DNA of 64,000 nucleotides from Nitrosopumilus sp. (GTDB taxonomy: Archaea; Thermoproteota; Nitrososphaeria; Nitrososphaerales; Nitrosopumilaceae). The DNA is taken from assembly GCA_963662625.1 (NCBI GenBank), contig OY759726.1:672001-736000 (forward strand), read 5' to 3'. A model generated the notes under the pieces. It ran no database searches. It was given only the letters and a program-made list of their open reading frames with translations, and had not been told where the DNA came from. The first letter of the stretch is position 1; each line of letters opens with the position of its first letter. Both the position numbers and the translations under genes were made by a program. This document shows, piece by piece, positions 30,497 to 41,057 of this stretch.

Positions 30497-31207
30497 TCCT
30501 TGGTTGGGGACTGTATTCCAACGCTATATCTATATTGTTTGAGCCCGGGCGCGCTTTATTTTGTGTGAAACTGTAAGGGGGATCCACGCCTGCCTGATCC
30601 GCGCAAGATCCCATGATTATATGCCCGCGGCATGGTTCAAAAAGATTGCTGGTGTGAGCGTGCCCAGTTCGTCGCTTCAGGGGCGAGGATTCCACAATAT
30701 GCGCGCCGTGGGGCCTAGACATCGGAATTTTCGCCTGCTGTGGGCGGTTTTGGGGGCTGGATGTACCGCTGCCCTGACACGTCCATATAAAAACCCCTGA
30801 AATTCCATGGTGGTACGACCCGTAGCCCGGGGGCGGCTCCAAGCGTAGACGCCCAAAGTCCCCGCTGTCGTGCCGGGGCACGTTGCTGACCTCCCCTAGG
30901 CGGATCCCGCAGTGTCTGCCGCGCTGCCATTGATGGCCATTCGTGGCCCCGTGCCGTGCGGCATGCCCGCACGCATCCCGTCATGCCCGCACGCTTGCCC
31001 TCGATTATGACCCCGGGCGTCCCCATGGGATCCTGACCGGCCTCCATGATCTAGGTACGTCTGATCACACTGCAAATGTTTTTTCGCCGGATGATCCAAT
31101 AATATTTTCTCTGCCCACAAAACCATATTTTGCAGTAGAAATCGTTGGCATCTGGAATAAAAGCAGGAAAGCAGGAGATATATACCGCTGTCAACGGGAG
31201 CAGGATC

Positions 31208-31972
31208 ATGCAGGAGAGAATGCTGAGCACCGTGGGGATGCGGCGGGAGGCAGGCTCCAAGTACGTGGTCTCGTATGGGGGCGGCATCAACTCCACCGCA
31301 ATGATCGTTTTTTTGGTCAACAGGAAACTCCCACTTGACTACGTCGTGTTCTCTGACACTGGTGACGAGATGCCTGAAACGTACGAGTACTTGGACGTGA
31401 TGGGAAGGTATCTCAGGAGAAGGAACATAGCGTTTGAGGTCGTAAGGGTACGAAACAAGACATCGCTGTCAGATCGATGCCTCAAGCGGAAAGTGATCCC
31501 GTCGCAGATCTGGAGGTGGTGCACCCGCGACATGAAGGTGAGGCCCATACACGCGTTTTACCGGAAACTGCACGCCCACGTCTACCAGTACATGGGGATC
31601 GACTACGGGGAGGTCCGCAGGATGAAGCCCGCAAAAGTCGACTATGTGACCAACCTGTACCCGCTAATAGACTTTAAGATGGGGAGAGACGAGTGCGTCC
31701 GAGTGATCAAAAAGGCCAGGCTTCCAATTCCGGTGAAGAGCGGGTGCTACATGTGCCCGTTCAACAACATTGAGAGGTGGCAGGAAATCTATGAGAAGCA
31801 CCCTGATCTGTACCGATACGCCATGAAGGTTGAGGAGAACGGCAAGCATTTTGGGAAGCAGAGCCTGGCACCGAAGGGGCATACGCTGCGCGGGCTGGAA
31901 GGACTAATCAAGACAGGAAGGTTGCCCGTCGTCCAGGTTGACAGCCCATGCGGCAGTGAGTGCATGGTCTAG
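31208..31972 (+). CDS. PAPS-reductase/adenine nucleotide alpha-hydrolase family protein (MGE type)
   Basis: PP-loop SYGGGINS, FSDTGDEMPETY, RWCTRDMKVRPI, YPLID, KSGCYMCPF, C-terminal CGSEC. Confidence 0.82.
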   Translation: MQERMLSTVGMRREAGSKYVVSYGGGINSTAMIVFLVNRKLPLDYVVFSDTGDEMPETYEYLDVMGRYLRRRNIAFEVVRVRNKTSLSDRCLKRKVIPSQIWRWCTRDMKVRPIHAFYRKLHAHVYQYMGIDYGEVRRMKPAKVDYVTNLYPLIDFKMGRDECVRVIKKARLPIPVKSGCYMCPFNNIERWQEIYEKHPDLYRYAMKVEENGKHFGKQSLAPKGHTLRGLEGLIKTGRLPVVQVDSPCGSECMV

Positions 31973-32400
31973 TTTTCCTCCCCCGCCGGATCGTCTATAT
32001 GGGTGTGCAGCACGCACTCTACGGTTTGGAGCCTGTTTACAAGGTTCAACAGGACGCTGTTTTTTGAGAGCAGTTTATTGGCATCGTCAAGATCTGTTAT
32101 CTGATCGTCATCTGGCAGATCTATGGTGTTGTTGAGTTCCGTTTTGATCTGTTTTATCTGTTCCAGCATGTTGTCTAGCATGGCCTGGCCTATGTCGTCT
32201 TTTGAGATCTTACGCAGGTTTGTGGCGTATTCTTCAAGGTGCCGCGGCTTTTCATTCAAGAATTCCATCATCCTGCACATTGCCAACTCCAGCTGATCCC
32301 GTATGGCTCTGTGGTGGGTCTCGTTCAAATCCCCCAGCCTCCTTCGCATGCGAGTAATTTCATCGATGAGCTGCCGTGAATTGTTATTACGCGTTGACAT
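31969..32400 (-). CDS. Hypothetical helical/coiled-coil protein
   Basis: Third gene of an overlapping minus-strand operon. Confidence 0.65.
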   Translation of the reverse strand: MSTRNNNSRQLIDEITRMRRRLGDLNETHHRAIRDQLELAMCRMMEFLNEKPRHLEEYATNLRKISKDDIGQAMLDNMLEQIKQIKTELNNTIDLPDDDQITDLDDANKLLSKNSVLLNLVNRLQTVECVLHTHIDDPAGEEN

Positions 32401-32923
32401 TCTTACCCCTGAGAATCTTTATGGCATAGTCGTGCACCTTCATTTTTGATTTTTCCGCGGATTGCTTTAGGCCGTCGTACGTGTTTTTATCCAATGGCAG
32501 CACCAGCAGGCTTATCTGCTCGGGCCTTGTCTTGTCCAGCAGTGCCTTGCACTCTGCAACCGAGAGCGACGGGTTCTTTCGTATGAGGTGCATCAGCGTG
32601 CGTATGTCGTCGCTTTTCATGTCCTTGGCGATTTTGGCAACTTGTGATCGTTTTGGTTCGTCTAGCCGCCACATGTGATAAAACATTTCTATTCCGGAAT
32701 GGCTTTCTTTTGCAAGCTCTTTGAGCGCAGGGTCAAGATCGTTTATCTTGTCTATTTGGCGTATCTGGTATGCTGTGACGCCAAAATATCTCGACATCTC
32801 TTTGATCCCCCACTTCTCCAAGAGCGTCCTGCACGCAACGGCGAAACGGAACAGGCTTTCCGGTTTTATTTTTGGGCCCTTAAAGCATCCCATGCATATG
32901 GCTACCGCGTCTTCTTCCTTCAT
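32387..32923 (-). CDS. HTH protein resembling the ParB DNA-binding region, lacking the N-terminal ParB domain
   Basis: IKEMSRYFGVTAYQIRQ HTH; C-terminal LVLPLDKNTYDGLKQSAEK RHH-like segment; ATGA overlap with the upstream gene. Confidence 0.6.
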   Translation of the reverse strand: MKEEDAVAICMGCFKGPKIKPESLFRFAVACRTLLEKWGIKEMSRYFGVTAYQIRQIDKINDLDPALKELAKESHSGIEMFYHMWRLDEPKRSQVAKIAKDMKSDDIRTLMHLIRKNPSLSVAECKALLDKTRPEQISLLVLPLDKNTYDGLKQSAEKSKMKVHDYAIKILRGKNVNA

Positions 32924-33729
32924 CGGTGTCCCCCCTCGTTATATTCCCGTATCCAAGTCTCCACAATGTCAACAAGCAGGTCCTCTCCGTCAATTCTCCT
33001 GATGTGCGCCACCTTTTCTATCAGCTTGTAGTAGTTGTCTGGCAGAATGATCTTGTACGTTTTCTCGCGAAGCATCTTTTCTGCGCGCCTCTCGATCGTA
33101 GGTATGTCGTCTGACGGGGTGGACTGTCTTATGGCAGCGTGCATCTTTCTTTTTTTATTCCGATCCTCTATTTTTGATAATTTCTTCGCCACCAGTATTC
33201 CCTTGTCGGTGTCTTGAAATTTCATGTAAATGTCTTCCACCTGCTTTGCGGACAGCTTTCCGTCCCGCCTGGCGAATTTTTTCAGGTCCTCGGGAATTGC
33301 GTCATATGTGAAGTATCCCCGCACTGCACTATCTGACACCCCCAAAGCCTTGGCCACTCGCCCCAGATCCTTGAATTTTTCAAACAGTGCCTTGGCCGCC
33401 AGTGATTTGTCTTCTTTTGTCATCGCCTCACGATAAAGATTCTCGCTAAGCGACAACACCATGGCATCGTGCAGCTTGATGTTCTGGAAGACAAAACAGG
33501 GAACCTCTGCCATTTTTGCGGCCTTGCATGCTATCAGCCTTCTCTGCCCGCTAAATACGAGATACCTGCTATTTTCCGGCTTTACTAGCAGGGGCACGCG
33601 CAGCCCGTTTTTCTTGATGTTCCCAGCGAGTTCCTCGATGTTGGTCAGCACTTCGCTTTTCCTGACATTTGCGCCGTCCCATAATTCCAGTTTTTCTAGT
33701 GGAATTTGTTCAAGCTTTGGCTCGGCCAT
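32920..33729 (-). CDS. ParB/Spo0J-like protein
   Basis: NVRK...ELAGNIKKNGLRVPLLV...SGQRRLIA...LSENLYRE, HTH (RVAKALGVSDSAVR). Confidence 0.88.
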   Translation of the reverse strand: MAEPKLEQIPLEKLELWDGANVRKSEVLTNIEELAGNIKKNGLRVPLLVKPENSRYLVFSGQRRLIACKAAKMAEVPCFVFQNIKLHDAMVLSLSENLYREAMTKEDKSLAAKALFEKFKDLGRVAKALGVSDSAVRGYFTYDAIPEDLKKFARRDGKLSAKQVEDIYMKFQDTDKGILVAKKLSKIEDRNKKRKMHAAIRQSTPSDDIPTIERRAEKMLREKTYKIILPDNYYKLIEKVAHIRRIDGEDLLVDIVETWIREYNEGGHR

Positions 33730-33879
33730 ATGATATACAGATCAGGATAAATATATCAACCTGATCATGGCTCTGGCGGGAAAAATTGCCGATCGCGGTG
33801 CTATTTGCTATCCGCCTGTGCGCACACTCGGAATACTGGCAAGATGGGCATGATTGTTGCGGCACCGACATATGATCAC

Positions 33880-34110
33880 ATGATGGCCTCCACGCCTTTG
33901 ACAGCACCCCGGATCCGCCCATGCCGTGCCACGTCAGCCCCGCCCCCATACCAGGACCCCTCTTCTGCTACCTCCGGTTTCGGGCCCCTACCCGTAAGGC
34001 CGCCGACTGACCGAATCCCCCGTCGGGCCACGCCACTCCATCCTCCCGACCTGCCGCCGCCCGCATGAATTCCTTGTGCAGGCCAGCCCCCGCACCATGT
34101 CGTGTATGCC
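33880..34110 (-). pseudogene. Second-family IS110 N-terminal fragment
   Basis: CCTGCACAAGGAATTCATGCGGGCGGC on the minus strand matches 17434-17460. Confidence 0.5.
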
Positions 34111-34329
34111 GCACAGCATCTCCCCGCCATTGCATCTGACGCGGGGTTACGTTTCGCTTGACTGGTTTCTGGGAAGACTATTTGTAGAGCATGATGCCTA
34201 GGTTTGGTAGAATGATGATAACCCCCTCCATGGCTGATGAGAAAATAAAAGGGGGTTTTTACGTGTTCTTGGCACATTGTTGTCAGGATGAATTCAAGGC
34301 GAGTGTTAAGCTACAAACAGTGGGGGCAA

Positions 34330-35025
34330 ATGTCTGACCTAGCAGAGTACCCATCCATTCAGTTATCGGGTTTGCTTGGGCGTCAACTAAATGACGTCGA
34401 GTCGAAATTTTCCCCAAAGGGCGGCGTGTTCTACGAGGGAGCCATGGGAATTCCCTTGCCGTGCCCACGAGTCTCCATAATAGGTTCTAGAGGGGCATCA
34501 GGGCAAGGACTCTCGGACGCCAGAGAAATCACAAAATTCCTAGTTGAAAAAGGGGCGGTTATTGTAAGCGGACTCGCCAGGGGCATCGATACCGTGGGAC
34601 ATGAAACCGCCATAGAGTGTGGCGGCAGGGCCATTGCCGTAATAGGAACCCCGCTAAACAGGGCATACCCCAAAGAAAACACCGAGCTGCAGGGCAAAAT
34701 CATGGAGAATTGCTTGGTCATTTCACAGTATCCGGTGGGTCACCCGACAACGCCAAAAGACTTTGTGTTGAGGAATAGGACCATGGCGGTAATTTCTGAC
34801 GCGACCGTAATCGTGGAGGCCGGAGAATCCAGCGGCTCATTGCATCAGGGCTGGGAGACGCTCAGGATAGGCAGGCCGCTGTTTGTCTGCAGGGCAGTAG
34901 TAGAAAACGAAAAACTAGAGTGGCCAAAAAAGATGATCAATTACGGCGCAATGGTGCTTGATGAGCCCTCTGACATTTTAGAAAACCTGCCGTCAGACAT
35001 CAAAATGCCTGGGCTATTTCAGTAG
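34330..35025 (+). CDS. DprA/Smf-family protein (short form)
   Basis: VSIIGSRGAS, IVSGLARGIDTVGH, FVLRNRTMAVISDATVIVEAGESSGS. Confidence 0.9.
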   Translation: MSDLAEYPSIQLSGLLGRQLNDVESKFSPKGGVFYEGAMGIPLPCPRVSIIGSRGASGQGLSDAREITKFLVEKGAVIVSGLARGIDTVGHETAIECGGRAIAVIGTPLNRAYPKENTELQGKIMENCLVISQYPVGHPTTPKDFVLRNRTMAVISDATVIVEAGESSGSLHQGWETLRIGRPLFVCRAVVENEKLEWPKKMINYGAMVLDEPSDILENLPSDIKMPGLFQ

Positions 35026-35675
35026 TTGCCCGACATGGAAATTACGGAAGTTGGTTTTGGCTCGCTGCTAGCTTATACTCCAAGAGGCGACTTGCCTGAA
35101 CACCGCGAGTCTGTAACCCTGATGAGGCGCCTCAAAAACGATGCTGTTTTGTCGTCGAAAAGACTAATGTCGCTGGCTATTGCGGAACACATCAAAATGG
35201 GCCTTGGCGGCTTCCCGTTTTCTGATTATTTCAATAAAGCCACGGTATTGATTCCTGTCCCGAAAGGCTCCATGCTGCCAAGGGATGGGCTTTGGGTGCC
35301 CTGGCGCATGGCGACTGCGTTAGAAAGCAGGGGTTTGGGGACAAACGAGGATTGTTTGGTTCGGGAAACGCCCCTGCCAAAATCATCTACAGTTTCAGCT
35401 CCAAATAGACCAAAAGCGTTTCAGCATTACGAATCAATGGGGGTTAGAGGGCCATCACCTCCCCCGGGGAAATCGTTTTGGTGGATGATGTGATGACACG
35501 GGGGGCGACGGCCCTGGGCGCGGCAAACAGAATCAAGGAAGCGTTTCCCAACGCAAAAATACGCGTGTTCGCAGCAATGAGAACAATCAGTAACCCTTAC
35601 GAGTTTTCAAGTTTTATTGCACCGTGTACTGGCAAAATAAAACTAGCGGGGACGGAGACGTTTCGGAGACCCTGA
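35026..35675 (+). pseudogene. Type I phosphoribosyltransferase (ComF-like), split by a 1-nt frameshift near 35460
   Basis: VLIPVPKGS in frame 1; EIVLVDDVMTRGAT PRPP-binding motif in the -1 frame. Confidence 0.8.
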
Positions 35676-36778
35676 TGCCTTGGGAAGCTGCCTAAACGCA
35701 GAATGCCAGAACTTCCATCTGTTCCGCGTATTGCAAAATGCTAGCGCCCTAATGATCTGGCAAAGCTACCTATTGCGGCGATCAAAAGTCCTTGGAGGGA
35801 AGGACTGGTCGGGAGCTTCACCCTCCCAGTGTCTGCGACAAGCGCTGGCAAGCTTGCCGGGCCAGGGTTCGTTGGCTGGAAAGCCGTGCCTGCAAGATCG
35901 TATTTGGCGGTGCTGCCGGGGCGGCCGGGAATGGACAAGGCGGTCAGGAGGAGGTACGCGGGCGACCTGGGACTCTACATAGACGCCATTAGGTCCAAAC
36001 CCACCAAGGCATGGGACAAGATAACCAGCGTCGCGCCGCCCCTCAGGGGGAAGCTTGCGAGCACCGCTTTAGCTACTATCTCGAGCTGCCCGGATCTTGA
36101 AAACGGCGTATGACCCGCATAGCGAGGCGGTGGTTGCAAGTAATACCGGCATGTTCGTGAAAGGCGCCTCGTTGGGCGGTGGCGACGGCTTGTAATACAC
36201 TACCGCGGCGATCAGAATAACCGACGCCACAATCAAAGCCTGATGGCATTGCGGCGAGTCCCGGACAGTACCGTGAAGGCGCCGTCAAACCTGGATCTCA
36301 TGGTGCCAAACCAAGAGCCTACACCATATGCCAATCCGATCGCCAAAGACATGGCGACATCCGTCAGATATGCCTGATCATACATGTCAGTGCGGGACAG
36401 CTCGTATGACAGTGCGGCGGGCATAAGAATCACCACGGGGAAGATCACGACGGCGTAATCGCCGGGTAGCGAGTCTGCATTCATGCCAGGTCTGGCGCGC
36501 CAGCGCATATAACGCCATCGTTTGGGGCCGCGCCGGCATTTCTGAAGGGGGCACGTCCTATTAGGACGGTGCATCGTTCCACACCGCCAAGGTCGTGAAG
36601 GGACACGTCTCGCGCAATCCCGCGCGAGGGTCACGTGCCTTCCCGCCCGCCACGCACGAGGGCCGGACGCGGCGGCGCGGCCCGTCCACCATTGCGCCAA
36701 TTTCAATTGCGTGCATCTTTGTCATCCCAACCTGCAACAGTCAAGCACAGCCGGGGTGCGGGATCTATTAGAGAGGAT

Positions 36779-37084
36779 TCAGCCCAATCGCCCGTTGTGC
36801 GGGGGAAGTTTCCCATCATGGGTTTTTTGGTATTTTCTCAGTTCGGAGCGTTCTCGTTCTTCTGCACGCTGCTTGCTTCCGGCGGTCTCTGTTCTGTATT
36901 TAGCGGAACGGCCTACGGGATCACTTCCATTTACAAAATGGGATCTTAATCTATCTCGTATCTTGCCCTCCCCGACATACATGATCTTGCCATTGCTGTC
37001 CCCTATTTCGTAAATGCCAAGACCGTTTGGTTCTGCTGAGACGTTCGTTTTGTTAAATGCAGTCCATTTCTTAGTAAGTGGCAC
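36779..37084 (-). CDS. Stand-alone GIY-YIG nuclease-like protein
   Basis: GIYEIG...MYVGEG..RDRLRSH...E...N. Confidence 0.75.
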   Translation of the reverse strand: MPLTKKWTAFNKTNVSAEPNGLGIYEIGDSNGKIMYVGEGKIRDRLRSHFVNGSDPVGRSAKYRTETAGSKQRAEERERSELRKYQKTHDGKLPPHNGRLG

Positions 37085-37398
37085 TCCGGTGATTATTGGC
37101 AGCCATTGCCATTAATCTTCTTCCAAGTGCCAGTTAAGCAAAACGTGTCGGATCCAGCCCCGTCCGTTGGCGTCGCGGGCCTGCCTTCGGATTTCTTGGC
37201 CCCGTCCCGCCCATCCACAGCGGCTGAAAATGCTGTCTGGTTCGCATCCATGAAAAAATTGGGGCTGACTGTTAGTCAATGGGCAGGTTTTTCAAACGCC
37301 AGCCAATACCAAAACGGCCACATTTACGCGAGGGGCATGCATTTGCAACCCGTAGCTGTATTTTCTTATTTTATTCCATGGCCAGGGGCATGCTGGCA

Positions 37399-38258
37399 TC
37401 ACAATAGCTGAAGCAATCTTCCTTCGTCGGGTTGAAATATGCCATTGTGGCTGGGGCTCTTTCGGTCAAAATAAGCGGCCGGCGTGCCGTCAAGCTCCAT
37501 TTTATCCTTGGCGAGTAACTCGCATCCACGCATTTTTGTGATCCTATGGACGATCTGGCGGTTGGAAAGTTTGGAGCATCTCATTAGCTGGTTCGCCGCC
37601 GTTTTTCCACGGTAAGCCAGTTCCAATATTTTTGCGTCTTCTTTGTTTATTTTAACTTTGTATTCGCACTCAACAAAAGCGACTGTTTTGCCAGACCGCT
37701 CGCGATTCACGTTTTTTGCCTGAGCACGGTTCTAGAAAAATGCAGTTCTGCGTTCCGCCAATTAGATCTAAGCAAATTTTTTAATAGGGCGGCCAAGGCG
37801 GCGAGTTCGATCGCAAGTACTAGCAACAGCATACCAAGAGCCAAGGGCCATAACAATATTGATTGGGATCCATCCCAAGACTCAAGACGGCCGTCAGAGC
37901 TTATGGCGATATCCAAACCCGAGGGGTTTGAAACATACAACTCAAACTCACGCGGCATTTTTGGTGACATTCTAGGAAACTCCGCAACCAGTGTTTTATT
38001 GTCCATTCTGCTGATTTGCCCCTCCGCACATGCGTCAGAAAACTTTGTTATGGTGCTGTTGCCTGCCACAATCGACATAACTGCGTTATCAGCTTGTACA
38101 AATCCTGTGTTGTTGATGCTTATTGTGTTGAGTTTGTCCGGCTTTACTTCGTCTGGCGATACTTCAAAATTCGTCAAAAGTTCAGCTTTGAATGTGCCAG
38201 AACCTACAAACGCCATATCCAACAGCAGGACAGGATGCCATGCAACACGATTGTTCAT
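37399..38258 (-). CDS. Membrane protein plus wHTH-like ORF (two ORFs, 37707-38258 and 37399-37710, possibly one split gene)
   Basis: Beta-rich domain, TM helix, then DAKILELAYRG...SNRQIVHRI HTH-like segment. Confidence 0.4.
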
Positions 38259-38531
38259 GCGTTATCTGCTTCCTCCTGCTTTAACTGAGGTGCCACCCTC
38301 TCCGTCTGTCGCCTGACCTGATTCCGCCCCCATACTCTTGCATGCAGCGTGTTGCCGACTCTTTCTTTGCCATTTCCATTCAGCCCCCAGGTTGAACAAG
38401 CGGGAGACGGCATATCACACCGCCGGTCTTCGCCTGCTTAAACTGCGCCTGCGAGGAATTGTGCCGTATGGGAATAACTCAAGCGTCGTCCCGAGGAAGG
38501 CGGGCGGCGGGTCGTAGCGATTTTTGGGGGC

Positions 38532-39332
38532 TCACGCGGCTGCCTGGCCAACGTCTTCCCTGATCTTTTTGATCGCGCCGGGCTGCTGGGCCGGGTCAAC
38601 TATGCGGATGCCATCGCCTCGGAGGAGGTCGATCGACTGGCGCGTTTTTGTAGGCAGGTTTTGCGTCCTTAGCCGCGAGGCGCTGAATACCAGCGGGGTG
38701 TTGTCAGGATACTTCCTTGATGACGCGATGGCTTTGATTTCGTACAGGAACAGGGTCAGGCTATCAACCACGGCGTTGCTGGCAAAGTTTATCACGTCTA
38801 TCGTGTTTACCAGTTTTTCGCCACGCATGAATGCAAAGTCCCGCGTCTGGGGGATTTCCATGGCGTCTATGGGGTATTTTTCCAAGTATGAGTTTTCTGG
38901 AAAGCTGAGTCTTCTGACATGGTTCTTTATTTGCGCCTTTGTTTGACGGACCGAGGCGGCCTCGCCCGCCGGTTGCCGCGTCCCATGAACGCTTATCATT
39001 TTATCGAATACGTCTTGCAGGGCGGCGTCGATGCTTTTGGCCTGTATTTTAACCGGCTCCGAGTAGAAGACGCTGCCGTGAAAGGAATCATGGAGTTTCC
39101 ACAGGTGATCGTCGCCGTCGACGTCCAAGACCGGCTTGTAGTTCTCAAAGGATTTTTCCAAGCCGCGTATTGTCTCAACGCCCAGCCGTTTAAAAAATTC
39201 CCTGAAATTCGTGATGTGCCTGTTGTGCAGCCGCCTGTTTTTTTTATCAAGCAGCGCTATGCCGATGTTGACTGGCTCGAACCTTACGGCATTGGGGACG
39301 TATTTGATTACCGAAAACTCGCACTCTTGCAT
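38532..39332 (-). CDS. DUF3037-domain protein
   Basis: FSVIKYVPNAVRFEPVNIGIAL...FYSEP. Confidence 0.8.
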   Translation of the reverse strand: MQECEFSVIKYVPNAVRFEPVNIGIALLDKKNRRLHNRHITNFREFFKRLGVETIRGLEKSFENYKPVLDVDGDDHLWKLHDSFHGSVFYSEPVKIQAKSIDAALQDVFDKMISVHGTRQPAGEAASVRQTKAQIKNHVRRLSFPENSYLEKYPIDAMEIPQTRDFAFMRGEKLVNTIDVINFASNAVVDSLTLFLYEIKAIASSRKYPDNTPLVFSASRLRTQNLPTKTRQSIDLLRGDGIRIVDPAQQPGAIKKIREDVGQAAA

Positions 39333-39335
39333 TTT

Positions 39336-40067
39336 TTATCCTTGTAACGATGGTAATTTATCCTTATTAGTCTCCACGTGCTCTACTGCCATCCTTTCAG
39401 TGAACCGGCTGAGCAGGACCTCCACGCTGTTTATATAGTCTTCGTGGCCGGCTTTCCAGCTTGGCGGGATCTTTTTGATGATCTCCGGTATCGTGCCAGA
39501 CAGGCCCACGACGTTGCTTATTCCCCTCTCAAAAAGTTGCATTTTATTAATTTGTTCCACAATAAAGTACATGTGCTGTAACTTTGTTCGCATTTTCCGC
39601 AATCCAGAGACGTCACGCTTGGGGCGATTTCTCTGGAAGGCCAAATCGTGATCAAATAAGTAATAGTCAACCTTGCTGGGCAGGGCCTCGTTTGGCAGTA
39701 GGCAGATGTTGCCGCCGTGCCTATCAAAATTCTCAACGTACTTGTCAAATATGATAAAAACCGGCACGTGGCTTATGTTGCCCACCATGTGTTGGCTGAT
39801 TTCCCTTCCTTGCTGCGTGTACGAGTTGACGGTTTCAAACGGCTCCAGGTAGACCTGGGCAAAATGTTCTCCGGGGCAAAGCTGTTCTAGATCTTTATTG
39901 CCTTGAATGATGCCTCGGGAAATCTTGGCGATGACGGGCTCGAATACCGGCAGTTCTAGTTCCAGGCCGATGAGATTGCATACCAGTTCGTTTATTCCGA
40001 TTCGAAAGTCATCCGGCTTGTTGAACTTAATTTGGTAGGATTCGTTGTCGTCCCCCACCATCAGTAC
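39336..40067 (-). pseudogene. HipA-like (PI3/4-kinase fold) kinase, N-terminus replaced by IS481 remnant
   Basis: YQIKF, NELVCNLIG...LPV, FDKYVENFDRHGGN, LFDHDLAF. Confidence 0.8.
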
Positions 40068-40703
40068 GGGGCGGTGCGGTCTGGAGTTTATGAGCTCGAT
40101 CCCGAGGTCCAGCAGCTCCGCCCCGGACGCGGTGGGCTTCCACGACCGGGGAGGATCCTTCCTGCGGCCGTTCCGGCCCACGAAGCACGAGCCGTTGTCG
40201 GAGAGTACGGTCGCAGGCGTGCCGAACAGCCCGATCGCGTCCCTGGGCGCCGGCACGGCGTTCTCCGACGTGGCCTGTGTGAACACGCGCGCGGCCACCG
40301 CCCCGGCCTTCTTCAATATCCGGCATGCGGAGCAGTAGCTTATGTCATGGCCCCTCCTGAGGCGCCTCGCGGTGCGCACCACGCCTGCCGGGCGCCTCCC
40401 GTGGGCGCCGGTGACCAGCCGTATCCGGGCGGCGGTCATGCAGGCCCGCGGCCTGCCCATCCTAGCCACCGTCGTTCCGGTCTCCAGGAACCCCGCCCAC
40501 GGCCTCCGCACGTGCCTGACGGTGATTCCCAGATCCCGGGCCACCCGGGCGGCCGGCACGCCATCTTTGGCTGCCTGGCCAGGTACTTCCGGGACCCCCC
40601 AGCAAGTCTCCCTGTCATAGCCTTCCGTGATCGGTACAGCCTAAAATGGCCGGCTACCGTCCTCTTGATCCGGCGCGGACCGACTTTCCGTACAATTGAA
40701 TAG
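40068..40703 (-). mobile_element. IS481-family remnant with internal deletion
   Basis: VARDLGITVRHVRR, LSDNGSCF; homologous to 48905-49690. Confidence 0.85.
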
Positions 40704-41057
40704 TCAAAGCATTATGAAATGGCTCAACAAGCCACCCACCAGTGCGTACCATGTGGATGAGTCCGTGATTGTTGTTAGGCGCAAAAAGGCACTCATCCCT
40801 GTCAAAAGGAAAGGTTGCCCAAGACTTTGGCCATGAGGCAGTCTTTCCGGCACGACGGCTACATGCGCGGTGGGATTGGGAGGAATGGCTTCATGTAGCT
40901 GCCTAGGATTCTGGGTTTGGGTCGCTTTGGATCTTCCTTTCCAGTAAGCCCATATACTGTTTCGCTATTTCCAGCGTGTCTTGATCGTTGATGTCAATGG
41001 TTCCCACGTCTTTCACGGTTAATTTCCCCAGTGCGGAAATTGATTCGCGGGCGGGTG

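Noticed and set aside
35820-36240. Possible transposase-like fragment
   Set aside because: Stop-riddled, with no motif I can assign confidently.
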